Virus record (IMG/VR): IMGVR_UViG_3300025018_000324
Coordinates: 1-35,997 of that record
Source of the DNA: a virus
Lineage: Duplodnaviria > Caudoviricetes
Strand: one strand, 5' to 3'
DNA length: 35,997 nt
Position numbers and translations under genes: made by a program. The notes under the pieces were generated by a model. That model worked only from the letters and a program-made list of their open reading frames with translations, was not told the DNA's origin and ran no database searches. Shown in pieces: positions 26,420-35,995 of this stretch (the stretch's first letter is position 1; each line of letters opens with the position of its first letter).

Positions 26420-27879
26420 TGGGGATCACGATCAAGCTTCCCGGGCCGAGTGGCGCCGCTACGGTAGGCCAAGCGGTAGGGGCTGGGTTTGCCGGCGGTA
26501 TACAGCAGGGCCAGGCGCAACAGCGCGTTGACCAACTCAAGCAGGAGGAGCTTACTCGTCAACAGGCCGACGCCGACGCGATCATACAGGCCATCGGGGA
26601 CACGGTTGACACGGAGTTCCAGAACGAGGCGGCGCTAGTCCCCGACACGATCACCCCAAGGGGTCGATATGGGCTGAGCCACCAGGGCATAAGCTCCAAG
26701 GCGGGACTCTTGGGGCAGTCGATGGAGAACCCGGACGACCGGAAGATCCGGGTCGAACAGGAGCGCCTGAAGCGCCTGATTCTGAACACGAAGAGCGTGG
26801 ATGCCGCGAAGGTGCTTGCCGAGTCGGGTGACCGTCGGCTCCTTGGGCTACGGCGAGGGCGGGCCATGTCAACCCTGAACTCATCCATCGAAGCGTCGGT
26901 TGGTGCGGGTCTCCTAACCCCCGATGACGCCAGGCACTATGCGCTCGCGCTGGACAGCGGACAGGATCCGCTCGCCGTCCTGGACGCGTGGAATACCGAT
27001 AAGTCACATCGGCTCGAGATCCAGAGAATCGGGCGCCTCAAGCAAGCAAAACTGATCCGCATGGCCGCGATGGCCGAGGACGCTGGTGCGCGAGTGGGCA
27101 CTGCCACGGACGCCAATGACCGAGCATGGTGGACCGACCAGCAGGAACGTCTCCAAAGCTATGCCGAGGACGTTGCCGCCGCTTATGCGACCGACCCGGA
27201 AGGCTTCGACATGAGCCGCGCCTATCAGGCCGCGATGGACATCAAGAACGCCCTGAACCCACATCAAGAGGCGCGTGTGATGGAGCGGATTGCATCCCGC
27301 GAGGAAACTCAGAAGCAGGAGGGCCGAATGAGCCTCCAGCGGGCGCGATCAGTCTCCGACGAAGTGCAGGCTGCGCAGAAGCTCGTTGCTAGCGCCGTTA
27401 GCGCGAATGCTAGAGCGCAAGCACAGCAGGTCTACGACGGTGCGCTGGCCAAACAAAAGGCGTTTTGGGACGAGGTGGACGGGTCCGCGGGCCAAGGAAT
27501 CCCCCTCGTCGTAGCTCCGGGGCAGGAGTACGCATACCAATCCGATGGTAATCAGATGGTTAGGGACAAGGATCAGCAGCCAACTATCGCGGATCCGAAG
27601 GCAGTCCTCGCTAACCAAGTCCGTGACGCTGTAATGCTGTCCATTGGGCGCATACAGAACGACGGATACGCCACGGTCGACGAGATGAAGACGGACGCGG
27701 TCGAACTCGTCAAGGCAACCTATGCCGCTGCTGGCGTCTCTAGCATGGCTGAACTCGATGCCAAGTTCCCCAATGCTGCCGCGAACCTCGCGGCGCTGAA
27801 CGAGGCGATCAAGGCGAAGACCGCGCCTGAGACCATCCAACAGCAGACGAAGTTCCATCTTCCTTTGATCAAGAAGTAG
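26419..27879 (+). CDS. Probable internal virion/ejection protein
   Basis: 486 aa helical; GQAVGAGFAGG N-terminus. Confidence 0.65.
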   Translation: MGITIKLPGPSGAATVGQAVGAGFAGGIQQGQAQQRVDQLKQEELTRQQADADAIIQAIGDTVDTEFQNEAALVPDTITPRGRYGLSHQGISSKAGLLGQSMENPDDRKIRVEQERLKRLILNTKSVDAAKVLAESGDRRLLGLRRGRAMSTLNSSIEASVGAGLLTPDDARHYALALDSGQDPLAVLDAWNTDKSHRLEIQRIGRLKQAKLIRMAAMAEDAGARVGTATDANDRAWWTDQQERLQSYAEDVAAAYATDPEGFDMSRAYQAAMDIKNALNPHQEARVMERIASREETQKQEGRMSLQRARSVSDEVQAAQKLVASAVSANARAQAQQVYDGALAKQKAFWDEVDGSAGQGIPLVVAPGQEYAYQSDGNQMVRDKDQQPTIADPKAVLANQVRDAVMLSIGRIQNDGYATVDEMKTDAVELVKATYAAAGVSSMAELDAKFPNAAANLAALNEAIKAKTAPETIQQQTKFHLPLIKK

Positions 27880-27882
27880 GAC

Positions 27883-30800
27883 ATGGTTCTCGACGACACG
27901 GCGCTGGATCACATCCTCACGGAATCCGACATCGCTAAGATCCGGGCTGAGTCCCTGGCGAAGCGCAACATCGGGCTTGATGAATATGGGGACGGTGCAC
28001 CCGATCTAGTCCAGAACGGTCCACCTGCGCGCATTCAGACTAGCGTAGATGCGGAGTGGGCCTCGCTCATGTCTGGAGTCGATGGGATACGGCCAACCAA
28101 GTTTGACCCTAAAGGGTTCCGCACGGCCTCCGAGAGAACAGCGGAGCGTCGAGCTAACATGGGCGCGCTAGAGTCTTCGGCGGCCAATGTTTACAATTTT
28201 GCGCAACAGCTGACCACAGGGGTCGCGGAGGTGGCAGCCGCCGTGCCTGAGCTCGCAGGACAAGTGGCCGAATTTGCTACGGGATCCAGCAAGCCCTCAG
28301 CGGCGATAATGGAGTCAGCTCTAAAGAAGGATCGCGAAGGCAAGCCGCTCACCGGCGAAGAAGCTCAAGCCGTGGCCTGGGAGCCAAACTTCTTGCGATC
28401 GCTCAGCTCGAGCATCCGAAAAATCGCGGAGTACGACGACCGAATGCTAGACGGGGACGGACAGCCGCTTCAGGCCCAATCCTTTTTAGCCGGTGCATTC
28501 TCACAGGGCCTTGGTTCCGCGGCGGGCTTCATGGGTGGTGGTGCCGCGCTAAAAGCCGCAGGTGTCGGGAGCGACTTGCTCGCAATCGGCGGCCTCGGGG
28601 CTATCGCGGAAGGGCAGTCCATGTACCGAGAGGCCGAGGATGCGGGGGCGACTCCGCAACAGAAGGCTATCGCCATGCTGATCGGGATGGGGGCAGGATC
28701 GACAGAAGTCGTTGGTGCATCCGGCATTATTATGCGGCTCAACAAGGCGGCAGGCGGCTCCCTGATGAGGTCGTTATCAGACCCCGGCCTGATCCCTAAG
28801 ATCATGGCTGAAGGTGGCGAAGAGGCTGGACAGGAGTTCGTCCAGCAGCTGGTTGAGGATGCGGGGCGGCAGTATCTCGCCAAGTACGGCGAAAACAAGA
28901 CGTGGAACGAGATGACGGCTATGGCGTTCCAGCAGGGCGCTCTTCCAGCCTTCCTTGTGGGTGGCCTACTCGGCGCCGGCGCCGCGGTAGATCTGGCGAG
29001 TACTCAAAAACAGGCAACAAAGAAGGTTGCCGCGGACATCGGTGAGACTGGAGCCCGGGATCTTGGTCAGGCTATCGAAGCAGAGCCGCAACAGTCCGTT
29101 CCGAAGAAGACCCCAGAGCAGGCAATCGAGTTCTTCCGCGAAGGCAACATCGACACGCTCGAGAAGCAGCTGAAAGCCACGAAGACCCCCGATGGTCGGT
29201 CCGAGCTCGAGGCGAGGATCCAGGCTGTGCGCGACATGAAGTTTCGCACCCTTGGCGAGCAGGTTGAGGGGGTCGGAGTCCACCCCGAGGAGGCCGCCCT
29301 AGTCGGTACCCTGACGACGCTCCAGGAGGCGGGCGCGAAGACTCCAGACGTTCTTGTGGCCGACTCGGCTAACCCGCTTCCCATGCAGGGTATGAGCCTC
29401 GGTGGGCAGATCGTGATTGACGGGTCTCAAGCCGGTGATGTCCTTCGCGGCGTGATTTTCCACGAGGCGTTCCATCATGCGGTTCCCGTGGGCTCCAAGC
29501 CGATGAAGGCCCTAGTGCTGACCGCGAGGGAACAGTTTCCGGAGTTGATGCAGCGTCTGCGCGTCGAGTATCTGCGCCGCTACACCAGGCAAACGGATGA
29601 GCCCCCGTTCGCCGAGTACGAGGGGGAGGAGCGTCTTGCCCGCGAGTTCGAGGAGGCGTTTGCTATCGGCGCGGAGTTGATGCCGGACCTGATCCAGGAG
29701 GTACTTGGCGACTCCGAGACGTTCAGCGAGGAGAACTTCGCCAAGAACTCCGGCCTGCGTGGGCTCCTACAGGCGATCCGCGACTTTGTGGTTTCAGCCC
29801 TAAACAAGTTGCCAAAAGTCAACCTCACTTCTCGGGTCGACAAGGAACGTGCAGCGCTCGTCAGGGAGCTATCCGGAGACCTGTCGACGTTCGATCCAAA
29901 GCAGCTACAGGCCTTCGCAGAGGCGCTGTCAGCGGCATATCGCAGTGCCGAGCCTGTCGCGTTTGCCAAGGCGGTGCAGAAGATCACGGTGGGCGACGTG
30001 TTGGCTAGAGGGCAGACGGACTTCTACAGCGCCGAGCGCGGGGAGGCGTTCTTCGACGAACAGGCGGCGATACGCGAAGAGGCAATCCAAGAGTTGATAA
30101 GCATCGGGACGCCACGCGCCGACGCCGAGAGGAAGGTCGATGTGATGTACTCGGTTGCGGACTCTGACGCAAATTCGACGATCTTCTTGAGCTCAAGGTT
30201 CGGCGCCCGTGTCGAGTCGGTGCTGGCCGATAATTTGATCCATTTGCGGAACCTCCAGGCGACGCTCGAAGTGCCAGAGGGGGGCAACTGGGATAGAGAG
30301 GACACGCGTTCATCTGGCCTGCTGATGCACGCGGTGAACGAGTTCCAAGAGCAGTTTGTTACCCCGCTCGTCCGAGCCATGTCGGACGGGAACATCTCGA
30401 TTGAGGCGGTGCACCTATACCTCGCGGCTCTGACATCGCTCGAGCGCAACGAAACGCTCATCAAGCGCGATCAAGCAGCCGACCCAAAAGACCGCAAGCA
30501 CTTCGGCAGGGAAGTCAACCCGGGCGCATGGCTGCGAGAGTCCGAGGCAAACGCGATCATCAAGGCCTCGCTCAGCGGCGAGAAGGCCAAGTACTTCAGG
30601 CGGGTCCGTAGGCTGAACGCGGCCATGCACGAGTCCAAGCTAAAGCTCATCGAAAGGTCCGGGCTCGAGCCGCAGGAGGTCATCGACAAAACGCGAGCCT
30701 TAGGATGGAAAAACTACTCCCCGATGAAGACTCTCATGCGAGGGCGGCCAGGCATCTCCCGTGGTCGTGGTTTCTCTATCAACGGAAAAACGGTCGCCCG

Positions 30801-32796
30801 TATGACTGGGCGCCGCACGGAGCCAGATAACGTCCTGATTGCTGGCGTGATGGACTACATCTCAGTCCTGACGCGGGTGGAAAAAAACCGCGTGATAACC
30901 TCACTCGCCAAATTGGTAGAGGCTAACCCAGACCCGACCCTGTGGGAGATTGTGAAGGGATCACTAGCGGACGTCCGCATGACGGGTCAAGACGAGATCG
31001 AAGCTGGTGAGGAGGCCAATATCTACCGCGCACTGTGGGACGCTCGGATCCCAACCGCTGACTCAGCGGTGGGCTTCATGAGGGACGGCAAACAGAACTA
31101 CATCGTATTCCACCCGCGGGGTAAGCACCTAGCCGACGCGCTCACGGGGGCAAACCTCTTTAGCGTGGGCAGCTTACTGCGCCCGTTTGGGACCATCAAC
31201 CGCTATTACGCCGCCGCAAACACGTCGTGGTCCCTGAACTTCATCGTAGACAACTTCCGCAGGGATGCAATGCTCGGCGGGATCAGGATTGCTTTAGACC
31301 TGAGTGTGAAGGACGCGGCGAAGGTCGTGTCGAGCGCGCCGGCGGCGGTCCGTGCACTACTCACAGGCAAGGGTGGGCAAGCCGCGCTCGTCGAGGCATA
31401 CGTCGCATCTGGAGCCAAGACGGGGCACTTCTGGGGTGGCGACTTCGCCGAACAGCGACGTGGGCTCGAAAGGCAGCTCAAGCGCGCTCAGGCCGCTACG
31501 GGATTAATCGACCGCACCGGCCGCGGCTTCTCAGCTCTTGTTGGTCTGGTGTCTCACGTGAACGACGCCATAGAGAACGGAATTCGATTCGCCTACTGGC
31601 AGCACCTCGTTCGTGACGGCATGTCGCATGAGGACGCGGCGGTGAAGACCAAGGAGTTGACGATCAACTTCAACAAGCGCGGTCGGCTTGCACCGATTCT
31701 TGGTCCTCTATACCTGTTCTTCAATGCGTCCATGCGCGGCTCCGTCGCGATCCGCGACATGGTGAGGGAGCATCCACGCAAGATCGTCGGCGGTCTATTC
31801 TCGCTTGGCGTCTTTCTCGACCTCCTGAACTACATGTTGTCCGGTGACGACGACGACGGGGAAAACGCGTGGGATGCGCGCGGCGAGTTCGAGAAGGACC
31901 GCTACCTGATGGTCCCCGATGGAAGCGGCGGGTTTCTCAAACTATGGTCCATGCCTTACGGGCTGAACGCGTTCGTGACGATGGGGCGCCAGTTTTCGAT
32001 GATGCTACGCGGCGCGGCAAGCCCAGGCGGCGCGCTATCCGCCGCGATGGCTTCGGCTATCGACTCGTTCAACCCGCTCGGAGGGTCGGGCGGAGAACTC
32101 GACAAGGCGATGGGGCATATGGTCTCACCGACCGCGTTCGACCCGTTCCTCGATGTTGCCATGAACGACAACTTTGCGGGGCGCAGGATCTATAACGATT
32201 TTGCTGACTCGAACGTAAAGGCCGACGCATACACTGGTTGGGAATCAACCTCGGGGTTCTGGCATGGCATGGCGCAGGAACTCAATGCGCTCGGCGGGGG
32301 GGATCGGATCAGGTCTGGAGGCAATCTGGACGTTCATCCGGAAACGCTGCGCCACCTGTGGAAACAAATCGGAGGCGGAATTTGGCGCGACGCTACCAAT
32401 ATGACCGACGCCTTCTCGTCGCTTGTATCTGGAGACTTCGTTGAAGCTTTCAACATTGCCCCAGTCACGAGCAAGTTCCACACGAGCGAGTACCACGAAA
32501 AGTTCCTAAGTTCCTACTACGACAACATAGCGGCGATTGATCAGGCCGCGAAGGTCGCTGGCACGGAAGACCTCAAGCTCAATCGGGAAGAGCGTGCGCT
32601 TGCCAACCTCGAGGGTGAACGCAAGAGAATCACACGGTACGTCAAGGCCATGAATACGGCCATAGACCAGGCAGATGATCCCGCCGAAGCGGAGTCGCTC
32701 ACGCTCGAGCTCAAGACCGAGGTTCGCGCTTTCAACCGGGCCATATCGGACGCGCGCAAAACGGCCAGAGAGGCCAACACCCACCAAAAGAAATGA
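27883..32796 (+). CDS. Large internal virion/polyvalent protein with HExxH and LPD38-like domains
   Basis: 1637 aa; Gly-rich hydrophobic helices, IFHEAFHH...EEAFA, then ENGIRF...TINFNKRG...LYLFFNASMRG...PYG...NDNFAGRRI. Confidence 0.8.
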   Translation: MVLDDTALDHILTESDIAKIRAESLAKRNIGLDEYGDGAPDLVQNGPPARIQTSVDAEWASLMSGVDGIRPTKFDPKGFRTASERTAERRANMGALESSAANVYNFAQQLTTGVAEVAAAVPELAGQVAEFATGSSKPSAAIMESALKKDREGKPLTGEEAQAVAWEPNFLRSLSSSIRKIAEYDDRMLDGDGQPLQAQSFLAGAFSQGLGSAAGFMGGGAALKAAGVGSDLLAIGGLGAIAEGQSMYREAEDAGATPQQKAIAMLIGMGAGSTEVVGASGIIMRLNKAAGGSLMRSLSDPGLIPKIMAEGGEEAGQEFVQQLVEDAGRQYLAKYGENKTWNEMTAMAFQQGALPAFLVGGLLGAGAAVDLASTQKQATKKVAADIGETGARDLGQAIEAEPQQSVPKKTPEQAIEFFREGNIDTLEKQLKATKTPDGRSELEARIQAVRDMKFRTLGEQVEGVGVHPEEAALVGTLTTLQEAGAKTPDVLVADSANPLPMQGMSLGGQIVIDGSQAGDVLRGVIFHEAFHHAVPVGSKPMKALVLTAREQFPELMQRLRVEYLRRYTRQTDEPPFAEYEGEERLAREFEEAFAIGAELMPDLIQEVLGDSETFSEENFAKNSGLRGLLQAIRDFVVSALNKLPKVNLTSRVDKERAALVRELSGDLSTFDPKQLQAFAEALSAAYRSAEPVAFAKAVQKITVGDVLARGQTDFYSAERGEAFFDEQAAIREEAIQELISIGTPRADAERKVDVMYSVADSDANSTIFLSSRFGARVESVLADNLIHLRNLQATLEVPEGGNWDREDTRSSGLLMHAVNEFQEQFVTPLVRAMSDGNISIEAVHLYLAALTSLERNETLIKRDQAADPKDRKHFGREVNPGAWLRESEANAIIKASLSGEKAKYFRRVRRLNAAMHESKLKLIERSGLEPQEVIDKTRALGWKNYSPMKTLMRGRPGISRGRGFSINGKTVARMTGRRTEPDNVLIAGVMDYISVLTRVEKNRVITSLAKLVEANPDPTLWEIVKGSLADVRMTGQDEIEAGEEANIYRALWDARIPTADSAVGFMRDGKQNYIVFHPRGKHLADALTGANLFSVGSLLRPFGTINRYYAAANTSWSLNFIVDNFRRDAMLGGIRIALDLSVKDAAKVVSSAPAAVRALLTGKGGQAALVEAYVASGAKTGHFWGGDFAEQRRGLERQLKRAQAATGLIDRTGRGFSALVGLVSHVNDAIENGIRFAYWQHLVRDGMSHEDAAVKTKELTINFNKRGRLAPILGPLYLFFNASMRGSVAIRDMVREHPRKIVGGLFSLGVFLDLLNYMLSGDDDDGENAWDARGEFEKDRYLMVPDGSGGFLKLWSMPYGLNAFVTMGRQFSMMLRGAASPGGALSAAMASAIDSFNPLGGSGGELDKAMGHMVSPTAFDPFLDVAMNDNFAGRRIYNDFADSNVKADAYTGWESTSGFWHGMAQELNALGGGDRIRSGGNLDVHPETLRHLWKQIGGGIWRDATNMTDAFSSLVSGDFVEAFNIAPVTSKFHTSEYHEKFLSSYYDNIAAIDQAAKVAGTEDLKLNREERALANLEGERKRITRYVKAMNTAIDQADDPAEAESLTLELKTEVRAFNRAISDARKTAREANTHQKK

Positions 32797-33068
32797 ACGA
32801 GAAACTTATTGAGAACCTCACCAAGGTCGCACAAGCCGGGGGCCTAGCTTTGGCCCTTGTCGCCATCTTCATGTTGAAGAGCATCGAGGGCAACATTGTG
32901 ACCCGCGACGGTCTAGATTCCGCGATCGTCCCAATTTCGGGAAAGTTGGAGTATTTAGGAGACCGGTTTACACGCCTCGAGACACGCCTCGACAAACTGG
33001 ACTCTCGTGAGTCTCGGATCGCGGTTCTCGAGGCGCAGATGAACGAACTCAAACACAACGTGAAATAG
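32793..33068 (+). CDS. Single-TM coiled-coil protein (holin-like candidate)
   Basis: GGLALALVAIFML TM followed by heptads ending RIAVLEAQ. Confidence 0.6.
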   Translation: MNEKLIENLTKVAQAGGLALALVAIFMLKSIEGNIVTRDGLDSAIVPISGKLEYLGDRFTRLETRLDKLDSRESRIAVLEAQMNELKHNVK

Positions 33069-33071
33069 CCT

Positions 33072-33347
33072 ATGCGCTGGCTCGCAGTTTCGTCGGGGGT
33101 CTCCCTCCTAGTTGCACTTGTAACGCTGGCGATGGTCGCCCGCGTTGACGGGCGGGTCATGCTGCCCAATCACCTCGTAACCCTTCACCAGGAGGACAAA
33201 ATGACCACGATCACCTCAAGCTGGGCATCAAGCGGCACCACGCACACCGTAACAACCACCAAGGGCAACACCGAGACGGAGGCCGCGTTCCTTGAGCGGC
33301 ACCGCGCGGCGGTTGAGGCGGCGCTTCTCATCTACCCGAAGGACTGA
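33072..33347 (+). CDS. Small protein with N-terminal hydrophobic segment; alternative start at 33201
   Basis: 91-aa ORF; AGGAGG-N5-ATG at 33201. Confidence 0.6.
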   Translation: MRWLAVSSGVSLLVALVTLAMVARVDGRVMLPNHLVTLHQEDKMTTITSSWASSGTTHTVTTTKGNTETEAAFLERHRAAVEAALLIYPKD

Positions 33348-33350
33348 CCC

Positions 33351-33518
33351 ATGGAGCTCACCAAGCGCAAGGTGTACGGCCTAGCGGGCCTGTTCCTCGC
33401 CTCGGCTGGCACGTGTCTCGCCGCGGAACTGCACATTGCCGCCGCTTCTCTGGCGGTAGCTGCAGCACTCGTGGCGATTGCGGCTGGGCAGATTACCTCG
33501 CCTAGAGGCCCGCGATGA
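33351..33518 (+). CDS. 55-aa two-TM protein (holin-like candidate)
   Basis: Not in the ORF track: MELTKRKVYGLAGLFLASAGTCLAAELHIAAASLAVAAALVAIAAGQITSPRGPR; AAGGA RBS; ATGA overlap with the next gene. Confidence 0.65.
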   Translation: MELTKRKVYGLAGLFLASAGTCLAAELHIAAASLAVAAALVAIAAGQITSPRGPR

Positions 33519-33937
33519 ATCGAGGCCTTGCCGCCCTCCTCCTGTTGTTGGTTGGTTGCGCCTCCTTCGCGGCTCTCGGGAGAGCAGTCGAGAGGGCGGC
33601 GTACCCAACTGCGGGGGCAGTTACTGGGGCGGCTCTTGGGGGGCCGCCCGGGGCGGCGGCAGGAGCGGCGGCAGGGCACCTACTCGGAGGGGCCGTACTG
33701 CAAGAGCGGATTGCCCAAAATGGTACAGCACCGCCCACCACCATGGCGCTGGGCGGCGGGGTCAGGGTCCAGACTACCTACTTTGGCCTTAGCCTCGCTA
33801 GTTGGCTCGCGGTGGCCGTAGCAGGGCTGTTGTTCCGGTTTCTTCCGTGGCTCCCGGGAGTTCTCTACCGATGGTTCAGAGACGTGCTCGATCAGCGTGA
33901 AAACAACGGGCAAGAGAAAACCCCGCCGCCCGGATAA
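33515..33937 (+). CDS. Glycine-zipper lipoprotein with C-terminal TM (u-spanin-like topology)
   Basis: Lipobox LVGC, GAVTGAALGGPPGAAAGAAAG, TM LASWLAVAVAGLLF. Confidence 0.65.
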   Translation: MNRGLAALLLLLVGCASFAALGRAVERAAYPTAGAVTGAALGGPPGAAAGAAAGHLLGGAVLQERIAQNGTAPPTTMALGGGVRVQTTYFGLSLASWLAVAVAGLLFRFLPWLPGVLYRWFRDVLDQRENNGQEKTPPPG

Positions 33938-33950
33938 TTAGGCGGCGGGG
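33912..33950 (-). terminator. Intrinsic terminator at the convergence of the two arms
   Basis: ccccgccgcc-N10-ggcggcgggg followed on the minus strand by TTTTCTCTT; a second bulged hairpin lies at 33952-33990. Confidence 0.7.
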
Positions 33951-33988
33951 CGAGCAGCGAGTCCCGGTGTGGGAGGACAGACTCGCGC

Positions 33989-34216
33989 TCATCTGTCTCT
34001 ATACTTGGAGTACAGGGACTCCAAGCGCCGATTATAGGCCGGACCGTCCCACTTTAGTGCTTGTTTCAGGCAGTCCCTCACTTTTGGGGAGCAGTACTTC
34101 CGAGCCCTGAACCGCGTCATGCTCTCTAGCTCGCCGCCCCGGTATCGTTGGCGCTGAATGATACGCTTGCATTGCTCGCACACTATCAGCGGGTCAAACT
34201 CTGGACGATGTGTCAT
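33989..34216 (-). CDS. Small Cys-containing (zinc-binding-like) protein
   Basis: CEQC...RKYCS...C; ATG at 34216 just after the stop of the upstream gene. Confidence 0.65.
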   Translation of the reverse strand: MTHRPEFDPLIVCEQCKRIIQRQRYRGGELESMTRFRARKYCSPKVRDCLKQALKWDGPAYNRRLESLYSKYRDR

Positions 34217-34224
34217 TCTGTAGC

Positions 34225-35484
34225 TTACGCCGAGGCGCTGATTTGGTCCACGGTCTTGTGCTTCACGCCGTCGATGAAGACCCAGATCGGGGCGTTGATG
34301 GAATGGACATTTTTGACAGACCACTCATCCGCACCGTTGATATCGATGCGAGCGTTCGATCCGGGGGGGACGTCAATCACCCCAGTGGACAGGCTGACGC
34401 TTGCGCACCCATCGAAGAGCATTGCCTGCTGAGGCGACTTCGCCGAACGGAAAAAGAAACGATTTAGGGTTGCCGACCTCTTATATGGATCGCCAGTTCC
34501 GGCGTAGCCCTCAACGAGTAAGAAGCCACGGCTAGAGGACTGCAGCCAGTTGTCGATCAGCATGTCATCCATCCGGACGTGACTCCTGGCGGCAAACAAC
34601 GAGTGGTTGAACGAGGCCCGCCCAGTGCCCGGCTGACTTACGTTGAAGGCGCTGACTCGGCGATAGACAATATCCTTCCCCGCCGTCATGTCGGCCGCCA
34701 TATCCGGCGTCTCATGGCTGTAGTCTGTGTTGGGGTTCGGACTCTTGAACTTGTCGCGCTGGACAAGCTGGGTCGCCTGTCCCTGGCAGTTGATAAATGC
34801 CATGTCCTCGAAGATGACGAGATGGCCTCCCGTGTCGCCACCGTTCATTCCGCAGAGGCTAAGGTATAGCCCATGCTCGTCCTGGATGTCTCGAACCACT
34901 CCGTCAATGAAGGCCACGTCTGACCGCAACCCGTGAAGCCTCGCACCCCAACGCCGGTTGCGCTCGATGGCGAAGTGCTCGAAGGCAACACCATCGAGGT
35001 ATTTGTAGACTCCCTGGACGGGCATGGTGAGCAGCGTCGTTTGTGTATAGGCGTTCACTAGATCTCCGTCCACGGCTACGCCCTGTAGAAGCGTGTCCAG
35101 GACGAGCTGCCCACTTGTAATGTGCCAGGTGTCCTTCCAGGCGCCTTGTCCATATAGGCTCACGTTCCCGTATGCCTGGGCCCCCCCATGTAGGCTCACG
35201 TTCCCGTATACGTGGGCCCCCCCATGACGGGTAGGGCATACGCTGAGAACCGACGCGGCAATGGCCTCGATTCCGTCGGTCCCTGGGGCCTCTGGGGCCT
35301 CTGGGGCCTCTGGGGCCTCTGGGGCCTCTGGCTGGGCGATGGGGGCAGATTCGGCTAGTTCAGCTCGGCGGATCAGTTCGGCGACGTTGGCGATCCGGAG
35401 CTCGCGATTGTTCTGGTCCTGGATGTCGGACAGGTAGAAGTCGCGCAGGATGCTACTCAGGGGTTTGCTAGATAGATCGGGCAT
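34225..35484 (-). CDS. Predicted right-handed beta-helix (pectin lyase-like fold) protein
   Basis: Repeated beta-coil pattern (VRDIQDEHGLYL, IFEDMAFINC, IVYRRVSAFN); short N-terminal helix and (APE)n linker. Confidence 0.6.
   Translation of the reverse strand: MPDLSSKPLSSILRDFYLSDIQDQNNRELRIANVAELIRRAELAESAPIAQPEAPEAPEAPEAPEAPGTDGIEAIAASVLSVCPTRHGGAHVYGNVSLHGGAQAYGNVSLYGQGAWKDTWHITSGQLVLDTLLQGVAVDGDLVNAYTQTTLLTMPVQGVYKYLDGVAFEHFAIERNRRWGARLHGLRSDVAFIDGVVRDIQDEHGLYLSLCGMNGGDTGGHLVIFEDMAFINCQGQATQLVQRDKFKSPNPNTDYSHETPDMAADMTAGKDIVYRRVSAFNVSQPGTGRASFNHSLFAARSHVRMDDMLIDNWLQSSSRGFLLVEGYAGTGDPYKRSATLNRFFFRSAKSPQQAMLFDGCASVSLSTGVIDVPPGSNARIDINGADEWSVKNVHSINAPIWVFIDGVKHKTVDQISASA
35155..35226 (-). 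repeat. 36-bp tandem duplication
   Basis: Encodes HGGAHVYGNVSL / HGGAQAYGNVSL. Confidence 0.85.
35283..35331 (-). repeat. 9-bp tandem repeat x5
   Basis: (ctggggcct)x5 on the plus strand, encoding PEAPEAPEA on the minus strand. Confidence 0.9.
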
Positions 35485-35533
35485 GTGGATTCAATAGGTA
35501 GAAGTGTGTGTTAGTCGATGTAGCACGCTCTGT

Positions 35534-35995
35534 TCACGATGCGGTGCGTATGGCGGTTAGGCGATCCTGCATTGGTTCCGACAAGTCGCGCAACTTGCAA
35601 CCTTCGCCCATCACTAAGTCCTCGATATCCGCAACGGAACTTAGGCCATGGAGTGCGCAGCCCTCGCCCATCGTTACGCGCTTGATTGCACGCACCGAAG
35701 AAAGGCCCCAAAGCTGGCAACCAGCAGCTAGCGTTAGGTCCTGGAGAACCGGTAATGCCGACAAACCGGAAAACCAACAGCGCTCAGCCATCGTCAGGCC
35801 CTCGAGCGACGTCAGCGACGATAGACCCAATAGAGTGCAGCCATTACCCATCGTTACGCCCTCAAGCGCCGTCACCGAAGAAAGTCCGGAGAGTGTGCAT
35901 CGCTCGGCAAGCGTCAGGCCCTCGAGCGTAGTCACCGACGACAAGTTATAAAGCTCGCATCCAGCAGCCAGCGTAACGTCATGGAGGTTATTCAC
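35534..35995 (-). CDS. C-terminal part of a 20-aa repeat (LRR-like) protein
   Basis: Seven 60-bp repeats, consensus VxxLEGLT(L/M)xxxCxLxGLSS; open at the window end. Confidence 0.8.
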   Translation of the reverse strand: MNNLHDVTLAAGCELYNLSSVTTLEGLTLAERCTLSGLSSVTALEGVTMGNGCTLLGLSSLTSLEGLTMAERCWFSGLSALPVLQDLTLAAGCQLWGLSSVRAIKRVTMGEGCALHGLSSVADIEDLVMGEGCKLRDLSEPMQDRLTAIRTAS

